Shown: positions 1 through 12,198 of the stretch, piece by piece
Layout: each line of letters begins with the position of its first letter
Position numbering within the stretch: the first letter of the stretch is position 1
Source: Octopus bimaculoides
Taxonomy: Eukaryota
DNA length: 64,000 bases
Direction: 5' to 3'
Assembly: GCF_001194135.2 (NCBI RefSeq)
Contig: NC_068983.1
Span: forward strand, 66,112,009-66,176,008
Made by a program: the position numbers and the translations under genes
Notes under the pieces: model-generated
What the model saw: the letters and a program-made list of their open reading frames with translations, nothing else
What the model was told of the DNA's origin: nothing
Databases searched by the model: none

Positions 1-78
1 TAATACAATATTTGTTAAAACTTGTCCCTTCTGTGTTCTTTTCTTTTTGCTGTGGATCATTACCTTCACAATATGTTT

Positions 79-186
79 GTGTGAGTGTATGTGGGATGGT
101 GTTTGTGTGTGTGTTGGGGTACATGTGCATGTGTACGTGTGTGTGCACATGTGTGTGTTTGTATGTGAGAGCATATGTATGCATGG

Positions 187-220
<34 letters not shown>
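79..220. repeat. Imperfect (GT)n microsatellite
   Basis: Visible TG/GT dinucleotide array; explains the VC/HT ORFs. Confidence 0.9.
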
Positions 221-283
221 ATAAATTTTCACTTAAATGAAAACAGTTATACTCATTCACACTTAACATAGATATTTTTTTCT

Positions 284-463
284 TTTAACGTCCGCTTTCC
301 ATGCTAGCATGGGTTGGACGATTTGACTGAGGACTAGTGAACTAGATGGCTACACCAGGTTCCAATCNNNNNNNNNNAACTAGATGGCTACACCAGGTTC
401 CAATCTGATTTGGCAGAGTTTCTACAGCTGGATGTCCTTCCTAACGCCAACCACTCCGAGAGT
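284..463 (-). mobile_element. RTE-clade LINE 3'-UTR fragment
   Basis: tttaacgtccgctttccatgctagcatgggttggacg... is the same sequence that at 20147-21070 is contiguous with RTE reverse-transcriptase coding sequence; spans a 10-N gap. Confidence 0.8.
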
Positions 464-746
464 ATAAAACACAATAAGAATATATGCACTTGTGAGGCAT
501 ACATCTGCTAGCTGCACACATGTGCAAACACACCTACAATAGAAACATAAACATTTGTATGCATAGTCACATGTAGAGGTTACAGCTACACACAAAACAC
601 ACAAGTATATAGAGCATTCATTCACAAACACTAATGCAGTATACAGTTATTCATGATCACAAACAGGCATGTTCAACACAACTGTTCACACTTAAGGCCT
701 CTATCAATCAAAGTTAACCCATGCATTATGGACAATTCTTCTAAAG

Positions 747-1200
747 CAGGGGTCGGGGAACTTTTTTAACCAGTTACCTCAAAATATATTTATATACACC
801 AACGTTATCCCTTGCTTCAAAAGGAAGAAAATAACAGATCCTTTGAATTCAAAAGGTTTATTGAATCTATTTACAATTATAAATATAAAAAGTATAAAAC
901 AAACGCGATGAAATGAATTAATATCTTCATTATGAAACAAAAACAATTTTCTAGAAACTTTTTCACTTCAGGTTTCGCAGAAATGATGATGTTTTATTTT
1001 TGTTAGAATTACATCAAAATTGGGAAATTTTGATGCCAAAACAATTTGGATACAGTCTTCGGGGTCTAATTAGTTTTGCTAAAGGATTGAATTGAATAAC
1101 TACTTCAATCTACTCAAACAAAACAAAAAATAAGGCTGAGGCAGGTAATAGACAACTGACAAATAATATCAGTTTAGTCACAAGACAATGCCTAAGCAAC
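747..1200 (-). mobile_element. hAT (Charlie/Buster-like) 3' end with decayed transposase C-terminus
   Basis: TIR-like CAGGGGTCGGGGAAC at 747 preceded by an NNNTANNN site (ttctaaag). Minus strand 1057-968 reads DCIQIVLASKFPNFDVILTKIKHHHFCET*, resembling the Buster-type C-terminal motif. Confidence 0.5.
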
Positions 1201-1609
1201 CAAATTGTTTATAGTTCAAAATGGCGTGATGTTTCCTAAACATGCCCATTACATTGGACAGATGCAGTGTTGCCAGAAGAAAAATTTGTGTCATAACAAA
1301 GAACACATTTTGATATAATTTTACTTATGTCTAATGAGTCCTCATTACCCTCAAGAATTTCGTTTTTACCCCACTTGGGTTAATTTATCCTGGTTCACCA
1401 AGCCTTGTTTTAAAGGGCACAAACCTGGGTAAGCTTTATTTTTTACAGAAGATCATGCAGTATGTTTCCACTTTCTACACCCCAGATGTTTTCTAAAGAA
1501 AGGCATGTGCTAGCGTAGCTTATTGATCACATGAGCCAATGAGAGGGCTTGAATGTGGTCTCCCAACTGGCCAGAATTAATGACCAAATTTCACTCAAAA
1601 TGGTGGTGG

Positions 1610-1706
1610 AGGTAGTGGTTGTGATGGTGGCGGCAGTAGTGGTGGTGGCAGCATCAGAGACACAAGGCATAGTAATAGCAGCAGCAGCAGCAGCAGCAGC
1701 AGTAGC

Positions 1707-1759
<53 letters not shown>

Positions 1760-1760
1760 C
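1610..1760. repeat. Compound (GGT)/(AGC)n/(AGT)n microsatellite
   Basis: Visible trinucleotide arrays. Confidence 0.9.
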
Positions 1761-2339
1761 CAAATTCTGTGATGGCATCAGTATCTAACATGATTGCAAT
1801 GCTTGCACTGCATATCTTCTGTAAGAATGACAAGTCAATGCATCAATTCTGCTAGCTGCATTCCTTTGAATGATCTGCCTGGCTTACAGAGTGACAGGGT
1901 AGCTACTGTGATGGAATCTAAGAATGACAGAGATGATACATGTCTTCGTATACACTTCTTGGCAAAACAGTAAATTTCCTCATAAACTAGTAAAGGTGAA
2001 CCTACAACATGCATATCAGTAGTGACAAGCTATGGGTTTTTAGGTGACATACAATGAACTTACATATAAATAATCTCCCTGCTGCAATATCATGTTATAA
2101 AAAGCTTACCTATAAGCTTTTATCTAAAACTGAATTACAAGTATACATTTGAGTGACAGTTCTAATAACTGAATTATTAAAGAAATTAAAATTTTGACAA
2201 GCTGAACTTAAAGGGCTTACTATTGCAACCAATAGAATTTTAGTTCTCTTTGAATTTATCAAGCAAATGGCAAAATGATTTAATAGCAGTAATAGTAACA
2301 TCAAAGACCACAGCAAGAAAATGTTGTTGTTGTTGATGA

Positions 2340-2530
2340 ACCCTTTGTCAGCCTTGACTGAGTAGAACTGTGGTCAAAGGCATTCCAGTCATGACCATCC
2401 CATCATTTTTTTATGCTTAGTATATGTATGATCAAGCTATCCAGTGTGTTCTATTCTTTTCATAGACAGTAGTATAACACAAGGAAGATTTGACAACTAT
2501 TTCTATCAGGTCAGACAACCACATAAGCAA
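2340..2530 (-). repeat. Unclassified dispersed repeat
   Basis: Similar sequence (aaatagcagc(c/t)aaatctc...gacattggataat type) recurs at ~12960-13110, ~24590-24720, ~43130-43250 and ~56820-56920. Confidence 0.45.
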
Positions 2531-2689
2531 TTCTGCATATATAGGAATAATGTATCTAAGGCTACACTATTTAAAGTGTCTTCTCTTTTTCAAGGTAGCT
2601 AATGAAAGATTCACTATGACTCAGGCGCCCAATTCAAATTCATAATAATATGTGTTGGCGCTAATAGTTTAACTGTGTCAACTCATGTC

Positions 2690-2765
2690 ACCATGGAAGG
2701 TGGACGTTAAATGATGATGATGATGATGACCATGACCATGACCATGACGATGATGATGATGATTG
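2690..2765 (+). mobile_element. RTE extreme 3' end with (GAT)n tail
   Basis: ccatggaaggtggacgttaaatgatgatgat matches the RTE terminus at 14400-14438. Confidence 0.65.
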
Positions 2766-2773
2766 TGAAAACA

Positions 2774-2993
2774 GAGGCATTGAGCTGGCAGAATCATTAA
2801 TATACCAGGCAAGATGCTTAACAGCATTTCATTTCTCTCTATGTTCTGAGTTCAAATTCTGTCAAGGGTGACTTTGCCTTTCATCTTCTCAGGGTCAATA
2901 AAATAAGTACCAGTTGAGCACTGGGGTTAATTTAATCAATGTGGACACACCTGTAAAACTGCTAGCCATATGCCAAAATTTGAAACCAATATT
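2774..2993 (+). mobile_element. SINE family 2 (gagctggcagaatc... head)
   Basis: Homologous to 8881-9065, 11983-12198 and 18372-18585; B-box-like gagttcaaattc; central gactttgcctttcatc...taagtaccag block. Confidence 0.75.
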
Positions 2994-3269
2994 AATGTGA
3001 CAACAGTATATTCCAACTGGTGTATCCCTTCTTTCATTATCAGAGCTTCATGGTTTAAGCTGAAATTTGGGTTCTGCAGTCTCTTTAGCAGATAAGCCTT
3101 TTGGGGTAGGAAGTTTGCCTTTTATGTCCCTAAGTCTGATTTAAAGCAATGCATCCTATCAAAAATGCTTATGGTACAGTATCATGAAACCTGACAAGTG
3201 AACTAACAGATAAGCTATCATTAAGTTTACAATAATATCAAAACACCATAAAATCAATGAAAAGAATTC

Positions 3270-3510
3270 ATCAACAAACAAAGCTAAATAACATTGTCAA
3301 AATTACAAAATTGTGGAAATGGAATAATAACAGGTGGATAAAAAAGCCCACTGGATTCAGAGAGATCACAAAAAGCAACAGAGAATGAATACAAATTAGT
3401 TGGAGACATGTTTTAGAAAAAAATCCCAAAAAGAAAGTAGTGAACAAAACCTCAATCCTGAAGGTTATAGAGAAATTCAAGGCCTTTACTTAACAGTGGT
3501 TGATTGATTG
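3270..3510 (+). mobile_element. Highly decayed RTE-like ORF 3' end
   Basis: Mixed frames give NNRWIKK / HWIQRDHKKQQ / KAFT*QW, resembling RTE C-terminal motifs. Confidence 0.3.
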
Positions 3511-4067
3511 TTTATAAATGAAGGAGGTAACACACACAGTGAAAATACTGAAAGATACGAGGAAAGGAAATGATGGAAAGGTTGTATTCTGTGAGAAATT
3601 AAGTTTAGAATGGTTGACAGAGTTACAAATGTGGCAATGAGCATGCAAGGCTGTAGGTGCATTCATGCATGTATGTTTGTGAATGTGAATGTTTGTTCTG
3701 AAAATTTGTTCAAATTTTTCTTAACAGGATCAAAGCCAGTCATGACCAAATTGACAAAGCTTTTTTGTTTTAATCAAAACAATTCCAAGTATTTGTGTAA
3801 ATATATGAGTGTGAGTTCCTATTTGTGAATGCATGCATTAACGTGAAAAGTGTATGTATGTCAGTCTATCAAACACAAATGATTCACTAGATCTGCAACA
3901 TGCAAGTAGGTATTTGCTATTCTTTTCTGGAAAATCTAAGCATTTCCAGACTTTTACACAAATATTTTGTTCTCTAATCCAGGATATCTATCATGATAAT
4001 TCATATTAAAGGTACCTGGAATATAATGGTTATATTTTTTGCATTAGTTCACCATTTATAAATGGCA

Positions 4068-4229
4068 GTACCTAGAGCAAGTGTCTTCTACTATAGCCTG
4101 GAGCCAAACAAAGCATTGTGAGTGGATTTGATAGATAGAAACTGAAAGAAGCCCGTTATATATATGTAAATATATGTGGGTGTTTGTGTACGAGTGTGTG
4201 TGTGTGTGTGTGTATGCACGTGTGTGTGT

Positions 4230-4275
<46 letters not shown>

Positions 4276-4290
4276 CTTGTGAAGGGACGG
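4068..4290 (+). mobile_element. SINE family 1 fragment with expanded internal (GT)n
   Basis: gcaagtgtcttctactatagcc...gaaactgaaagaagcccg core matches the full copy at 62424. Confidence 0.8.
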
Positions 4291-4385
4291 TTGCATCCAA
4301 GGAAATATTGGTTCAATATTTAGTGTTTTTGGAGAACAAAATTCTCTTAAAACAAAACATAAAGCATATAGTTTATATCCATTTA

Positions 4386-4492
4386 AAAGAAGAAAATAAA
4401 ATGGAGATGAGGAAGTTAATAATTGTTTATTATAAGCAACAAATTGGTCATAAACAATTATTAACTTCCTAATTTCTATTTTCTTTTCTTCC
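4386..4492. repeat. Fold-back inverted repeat with perfect 21-bp stem
   Basis: aggaagttaataattgtttat (4410-4430) and its exact reverse complement (4450-4470), 19-nt loop, imperfect outer arms. Confidence 0.85.
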
Positions 4493-4849
4493 TTCACATA
4501 TATATATATATATATATATACACAAAGACCCTCACACATATATACATACATATATGTATATAATATTATTGATAATGATAAAGAGTATGGAGACTTGTAC
4601 ATACACAAAATTTATTCAATAGTCATATACAGCAAATTATAATGACCTACACACGTTTCTACTGCAGCGACTTCTCACTGTTGCAAATGCAACCTGGTAA
4701 TATTAACGGTGCAGCTTCATCAGGGTCCATCGATTTGGTCATACTCGAAGTGAACATTAAATACTGATCATTGTGGTTAGCCATTAATTGGAACTTAACT
4801 GAGAGCAAATACGGCATCTGCCTGGATAATACATCCCTCCAAACTCACT

Positions 4850-5660
4850 TTATATATGTATATGTGTATATATAGTGACATACAGAAATAGGTACACACA
4901 CACACACACGTTTATATATATGGAGAGAGAGTAACAGAATGACACAAAGATAGACACACACCCATATACATGCACACACTCACACATACACATTCCCACT
5001 TCGTCTACATACACATGCCAACACACACACACACACACACAGCCACCCATTTGCACACCCTTCAGGTAATGCATCAACACTCCACTTCTCTCTCCCTCTC
5101 ATACACATACATGCATACACACACACACACACACAGCCACCCTCACCTATTCACACTGCCACACCTTTCAGACAATGGACCCACACTCCACCTCACACTT
5201 AACTTCCCTTCATGCACACATACACTCACACGCACGCATGCATCACAAACACAGGCACAAACACACATGCACATACACACATGAATACACATCCACATCC
5301 ATCCATTCACACACCCTTCAGACTGCCTCTCACACACCTTTCAGACTGCCCTGACTTACTATTGACCATTCCATCTACCCACACATGCTAACCCTCTCGC
5401 CCCACACACACTTCCACACCCACCCATACACACACCTGTCTCTATAGCGGCTGATCTCTCACTACGACATTAACACACACAGAGACTATGCACACAAACA
5501 TAAACACATACACACAGTTAATACCACACACACAAAAATTCTCTTTTATGGTAAATGTGTGTGTGCGTGTGTGTGTGTGTGTGTGTGCTTGTGCATGCAT
5601 GCATGCATGTGTGTGCATATGTGTGTGTATATGCATACATGTGTCTATATCTGTATGCAT
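4850..5660. repeat. Degenerate CA/GT-rich low-complexity tract
   Basis: Interrupted (CA)n and (GT)n arrays. Confidence 0.85.
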
Positions 5661-5806
5661 ATATGTACAAATATTGTTTGTATTGTGAGAGTGACATACA
5701 GTGGAAGTTACTTATTATTATTTGGAATAAATTATTTTTGATAATAATAATTGGTTGATAAGATTAAACAGAATATATAACAATACTAGGACCTTTGATT
5801 CTAATA

Positions 5807-6381
5807 TGAGGGGTGTTGAAAATTTCATAGACTGACCAAGATACTCTCATGAAACGTGATCAAATGAGGATCATTTTTCAACATAGTTCCCCTTACAGTC
5901 CACACATTTCTTCCATTTGTATTGCAGTGCTTGGATCCCATTGGTGAAGAAACCTTCATCCTGTTGGTCAAAAATGTCATCACCTGTGGTAGTTGCAGTC
6001 ACAGGATGTCCTAACCCTGGGTCAGCTTCAAGACTCTCTATTCCCCTCTTAAATTCAGCTCTGCACTTTTGCACTGTTGACAAAGTTAGAATGTCATCTC
6101 CTAATGTAGCAACCATGTCAGCATGAATGCCCATCGGAGCTAAACCCTTTTTCCACAGGTAATTGATAAAACTGCAATGCCAAATTTCGTTCATTTTTAA
6201 AAGGAGTCACTACTAGTTGCTTTTCAAGTCTTCTTTGAACAGTCAGATGTCAGTTTACCTGAAAAGAAATAATGCAATTGTTAATGACAAGATTTGAAAT
6301 TAATGCATGCAAGATTAATTAATACACAACTGTAGCATCACTTCTTCATAGACAGCCTATGAACTTTTCTGCTCATCCTTG
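5807..6381 (-). mobile_element. Internally deleted mariner (non-autonomous, ~575 bp)
   Basis: Imperfect TIRs (tgagggggtgttgaaaatttcatag / cctatgaacttttctgctcatccttg) flanked by TA. ORF 5871-6194 joins the N-terminal HTH region to the C-terminal tail (QYKWKKCVDCKGNYVEK). Confidence 0.85.
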
Positions 6382-6514
6382 TAGGTGTGAATTTTCTAAT
6401 TCATTTCAAATGAAACATTTGGGTTCTACTTATTTTAATAGAAATAACTGTTTGATAACATTGTCTCTGATTATAATAAATAGCTTCTTCTAATTTAAAA
6501 AGACATACATACAC

Positions 6515-6545
<31 letters not shown>

Positions 6546-6771
6546 CGTGTATGTGCGTATACATATATATATATACATACATACTTCACTAAATATGTAA
6601 ATATGTAAAATTCTGAACAAGCAACCCTTATTATTTATAATTTTCATATATGTGTGTGTGTGTGTGTGTATTTCAATGTGAACAAATAACATGGAAAAAA
6701 TAAATAAATAGTTACCAGGGTAGCAAACATTCAAATAAGTGCCATGGATGTTACAGCCTATAACATAGATG

Positions 6772-6977
6772 AATTAAGAAATGGAGTTAAACACAGGTGT
6801 TATTCAAATCTTTATACTTCGAAGAAAACATCGATATTATTTTGGAGGGACTAAAATGATGTAAAGCAATGCAGTCATCATTTTATTCCCTTCAGAATAA
6901 TATCAATGCTTTTTCAAAACATATGTCGGAAGTATAAAGATTTGAATAACACTTACATTTAACTCTATTTCTTAATT
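6772..6977. repeat. ~200-bp imperfect palindrome, probably Penelope-type terminal repeat
   Basis: 23-bp exact inverted match 6797-6819 / 6930-6952, inner 16-bp stem with one mismatch; arm homologous to 19975-20135. Confidence 0.7.
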
Positions 6978-6991
6978 TGTGTGTTTGTGTA

Positions 6992-7075
<84 letters not shown>
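6978..7075. repeat. (GT)n microsatellite
   Basis: Long near-perfect array. Confidence 0.95.
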
Positions 7076-8600
7076 ACTATATGGTATATGTATGGTGTTG
7101 AAGCCATAGTGATATCTGATTGGCAGCTGATGATTGGGATTTGTTATGCGCATTTGTGAATGCATATCTTTACATCTTAGTTTCAATATTGTGATTCTTC
7201 ATAGGTAATCTTATTTAGCTTAGATAACACTAAGGTATTGGTGTCTACTTTTAAGAGCTTCTGTGGCACACACAAACACACACACACACATACACTCACA
7301 TCTTCTCAGCACTACCATCAACACCATGCACCTACAATACCCATGTAGTTGGGAGATTTTTCTTTTAATCTTCATAGTGAAAATTTTGATAACAATATCC
7401 AATGCACACACACACACACACACATACACATACATACAAGATGCATAAAATTCTTTAAAGTGAGGTGATATTAATTGTGATCTCCAAATAAACTAAGTAA
7501 ATATATACCTTAATTTTGCAAAATGTTTATACAAATAACAATAAAATAATTATTCTTTGAAATTGTTTCAATCACATAATTAAATCTTTACTATAAGCTT
7601 TTATTTTGGAGGAAAATAATATATAATCTGTAAGAGATATATTCTATAGATAAACGTGGGTAAAAACAAAAACTAAAAAATCATATTCTAAAGTTGGTAA
7701 AAATATACAGAAATATATTATAAATTTGAACAATGAGATGATAAAATATGCAGCTAAAAACAAATAAAAAGTAACTTATTTACTTTTTTTTTTAGAAAAA
7801 TAACCGTTTTTATTTTTAATGGTTGCCAAGATTTGCAGAAACAAGAAAGAAAACATATAAATATGTATGGCAAATTATAGATTATTTGTCTGACATAAGC
7901 CAAGGAGATACAAAATAATTGATATGATGGTGAAGATGAAAGAGGTGCGGGGAAAGAGATACAAAGAACGGAAGAAAAGAAAAATTGAGAGAAAGAATGA
8001 GAGAAATGAGTAGAAAATTAGTATCATAAATATGAAAAGTTTGAGATTTTAATTGTGAAATGACCTCCAAAATATTCATGTGGAATTTCTTGTAGATCAT
8101 CATCAAGACATGGTCAATGATATTTAAAAAAATATATATTTGTGATTAATTGACTTTATAATGACAAAAATAGTTTTTGTTTGCCATTAAAATAAGCAAC
8201 ACAAAAATACTATTATTTTAAATAGAAATAAAATTGAAGAATTTAAGATAATCAAAATAAAATATAATCTGTGAAAGAAATAAAACATACAGAGAAAGAG
8301 AGAGAAAACAGAAACTGGCTGGCAGGTATTCTGAAAATATATTTTCATTAAGTCATTTTATAAATAGTGAACTGGTCTTATTATATTCTGGTTGATAGAA
8401 GGCTGCTGCTTGATAAACAAACCCTCTCTCACCAGTCATTATCTCTCTTTCTCCCTTTCCCTCTCTCTCTCTCCCCACCACCTTTTTCTACTCCTACTAT
8501 TATTGCTGCTGCTTTTCTGAATTTGCTGAATGCATGCATCCTCTGCATAAACTTATTTGCCTTATCTACCTCTCATCTCTCTGAATCACATAGCCTAAAC

Positions 8601-8754
8601 CAGTCATGAGCAAACTGCAGTCCACAGGACAAATGCAGCCCATGGGACATTCTGAATGGCATACCTTCCTTTGAATACTCTCAGTAGTGCAGCCTGCCTG
8701 ATGATGATCCATGTCTTAAGTGTCCCATTTCTCACAAAAGGTTACCCATACCTG
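8601..8754. mobile_element. Short hAT-type MITE
   Basis: Ends cagtcatgagcaaact / aggttacccatacctg form imperfect TIRs; both flanks are NNNTANNN-like. Confidence 0.45.
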
Positions 8755-8880
8755 CCTTAGATCCTATGTAAAACATTGTTCAGACTTCTTTTTTTACTCT
8801 AAAGCTGAAACCTCTCTGAAACTCAGCCCATACCTAAGTTTTCCTTTAACCACTAACCTCCTAAAGATTACATTGAATAC

Positions 8881-9065
8881 TGATTTCAAATTTTGGCATA
8901 AGGCCAGAAATTTCAAGTGAGTGAGTAAGTCAATTGCATTGATCCCAGGGATCAACTGATACTTATTTTGTCGACCCTGAAAGGATGAAAGGCGAAGTTG
9001 ACTTTGGCAGAATTTGAACTAAGAATGTGAAGATGGATGAAATACCACTAAGCATTTTGCTAGGC
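8881..9065 (-). mobile_element. SINE family 2
   Basis: Reverse-complement homology to 2774-2993. Confidence 0.75.
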
Positions 9066-9375
9066 ATATTAGATTATACTGAATATTAATAACATAATCT
9101 TTACATCATTCCTATCTAATAGGAGAACTGAGTAGAAAATTATTGTCATAGATAGGAATAGTTTGATATTTTAACAGTAACATGAACCTAGAATATTCTT
9201 GTGAGATTTCACATTGATCATCAAAACACAGGGCAATGAGAGTGAAACTTTAAAAATAATTCATGATTAATTGACAAGATAATTGACAAATTTAGTTTTA
9301 TTTACAGCTAAACAGCATTATAACACTCCACCCACAAGTGTCATATATGTATATATATGTATATATGTGCATATG

Positions 9376-9414
<39 letters not shown>

Positions 9415-10272
9415 NNNNNNNNNNNNNNNNNNNNNNNNNNNNNNNNNNNNNNNNNNNNNNNNNNNNNNNNNNNNNNNNNNNNNNNNNNNNNNNNNNNNNN
9501 NNNNNNNNNNNNNNNNNNNNNNNNNNNNNNNNNNNNNNNNNNNNNNNNNNNNNNNNNNNNNNNNNNNNNNNNNNNNNNNNNNNNNNNNNNNNNNNNNNNN
9601 NNNNNNNNNNNNNNNNNNNNNNNNNNNNNNNNNNNNNNNNNNNNNNNNNNNNNNNNNNNNNNNNNNNNNNNNNNNNNNNNNNNNNNNNNNNNNNNNNNNN
9701 NNNNNNNNNNNNNNNNNNNNNNNNNNNNNNNNNNNNNNNNNNNNNNNNNNNNNNNNNNNNNNNNNNNNNNNNNNNNNNNNNNNNNNNNNNNNNNNNNNNN
9801 NNNNNNNNNNNNNNNNNNNNNNNNNNNNNNNNNNNNNNNNNNNNNNNNNNNNNNNNNNNNNNNNNNNNNNNNNNNNNNNNNNNNNNNNNNNNNNNNNNNN
9901 NNNNNNNNNNNNNNNNNNNNNNNNNNNNNNNNNNNNNNNNNNNNNNNNNNNNNNNNNNNNNNNNNNNNNNNNNNNNNNNNNNNNNNNNNNNNNNNNNNNN
10001 NNNNNNNNNNNNNNNNNNNNNNNNNNNNNNNNNNNNNNNNNNNNNNNNNNNNNNNNNNNNNNNNNNNNNNNNNNNNNNNNNNNNNNNNNNNNNNNNNNNN
10101 NNNNNNNNNNNNNNNNNNNNNNNNNNNNNNNNNNNNNNNNNNNNNNNNNNNNNNNNNNNNNNNNNNNNNNNNNNNNNNNNNNNNNNNNNNNNNNNNNNNN
10201 NNNNNNNNNNNNNNNNNNNNNNNNNNNNNNNNNNNNNNNNNNNNNNNNNNNNNNNNNNNNNNNNNNNNNNNN
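9415..10272. other. Assembly gap flanked by (AT)n
   Basis: N run. Other gaps: 368-377, 19255-19872, 20778-20994, 26752-27428, 31820-32407, 61198-61679, 63383-63456. Confidence 1.
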
Positions 10273-10320
<48 letters not shown>

Positions 10321-10329
10321 CAGTATCAC

Positions 10330-10490
10330 AGATGCAGTATTGGCCATACTATTGGATTTCGATGATGTGATTGCATATTTTTAGAATGACAATATAGGAT
10401 AGGTATTAGAGGCTACAGCTGGCTGGTTTGAACATAGAGCAGGTAGAATATTTGGGTCATATAAGGCCAATTTAAATGCTAAAGGATTAA
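10330..10490 (-). mobile_element. Partial TTAA-ended MITE-like repeat
   Basis: Ends aatgctaaaggattaa; resembles from memory an abundant cephalopod MITE; only one end seen. Confidence 0.35.
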
Positions 10491-11269
10491 CACGGTCTCA
10501 TACACACATGTACACACACATATGGTAGAGATAAAGACAAGAGTTATAGAGAAAGTGTCAGAGAATGAAACAGATGAACCTCAAACTAATGAGTGTGTAA
10601 TTTATTCATCATTCATCTACATTGCATAAATTCAATTAATTATTTCTTTCCTGGAAATGTCATTCAAGAAAGGCCCATTTTAGTCAACTGAACTCATGCT
10701 TCACCCCACCTCATAATATGTATTTACCTAATGATAGACTTAGAAGTGACGAGAATGAGAATTAAGTAAACACAGGGCAGCATTTATTATAGTGATCTGA
10801 ACCATTAACTCTTTCGCTAACCAATAAACTCACACCCTATGAACAAAGTCTGCCGAAACTTCCGACAACTTGATAATTAATCAAAGCAAGGTTAGCAGTC
10901 CTTTGCTAATATCCTAACATCAATTCCAGAAAACAATGGAGGAATATTTTATTTATTTCACCATCTATTTATTTATATATTTCTATTTGTTTTATTTTAC
11001 TTCTTTTATATCATTTGTTTTTGTTATTTATTTATTCATTTTTGTAATCTCTTCAATGCTTTGTAATTATCAAATTGGCAGATAGAGTTGTTGTTTTTGG
11101 TTTGTTTGATTTTTTGTTTTCTTTTTCCTTTTTTTTTTTTCAAATTCAATCTATGCATTTTCTGGTTGATTTGGAATTGTTGCTCTTAAAAATCCATTTC
11201 TCCGTCTCTTCCTTGATTTTCTTTCAACTAATCATCTCTCCTACCCTCTCACCTCTTTCCTTTTCCATT

Positions 11270-11445
11270 TTCTTCTTCTTCTTCTTCTTCTTCTTCTTCT
11301 TCTTCTTCTTCTTCTTCTTCTTCTTCTTCTTCTTCTTCTTTTTCTTCTTCTTCTTCTTCTTCTTCTTCTTCTTCTTCTTCTTCTTCTTCTTCTTCTTCTC
11401 CTTCTTCTCCTTCTTCTCTTTTCTTCTTTTTCTTCTTCATTTTCT
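11270..11445. repeat. (TTC)n microsatellite
   Basis: Long near-perfect array. Confidence 0.95.
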
Positions 11446-11982
11446 TCTCATCATCTTTTTCTTTTTGCTATATATTTTTTTCTTTTTTCTTTATTTCTCC
11501 TTCTTCTGACATTCAATATCCTCCCACACCACATCATACAACAAAATTTGGTTTTTGATGTCCGCTACATAAATCACTGCTGACGTAACCTCTGCTCACC
11601 ATAGTTATTATGTTCTGGAGAAAAGTTCACAATACAGAAAGTTATAAAGAATTTTAAAAATATTAAATATATAAAAGAAAACTCTGATACAAAGCATAAA
11701 GATCTCATCAAAAACTACTGATTCATTGGTCAAACAGTATAAGATCGATGATCTGATATGGAAAACTTATAAAAACAAACAGCCATTTAGTCACTGATAT
11801 ATTAATTAGAGAGAGAGAGAGAGAGATGGAAAGGGCGATGATAACACAGACAAAATGTCAAGGGTTCATATCTTGACACTAACACTATGTGTGTTCAAGG
11901 TCAAGACATTTAACTCCCAACATTCCAGTCCCTCTAGCTGTAAGAAGGTACCGTAGATTGGTATAGCTCACCAAAATGTGTA

Positions 11983-12198
11983 TTTTGGTTTCAAATTTTG
12001 GCGCAAGGCCAGTAATTTCAGAGTGGGGATAAGTCAGTTACATCGACCCCAGTGTTCAACTGGTATTTATTTAATCAACCCTGAAGGAATGAAAGGTGTA
12101 GTCAACCTTGGTGGAATTTGAACTCATAATGTAAAGACAGACGAAATTCCATTAAGCATTTTGCCCGGCATGGTAATGATTCTGCCAGCTCACTGCCT
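11983..12198 (-). mobile_element. SINE family 2 with 21-bp target-site duplication
   Basis: Full copy flanked by tatagctcaccaaaatgtgta (11962-11982) and tatagttcaccaaaatgtgta (12199-12219). Confidence 0.9.

Noticed and set aside
340-405. 28-bp direct repeat either side of 10 Ns
   Set aside because: Contig-overlap artefact inside an RTE UTR copy
9283-10384. Long ORFs of 200-357 aa here and at the other gaps
   Set aside because: They are translations of N runs plus (AT)n; assembly gaps, not genes
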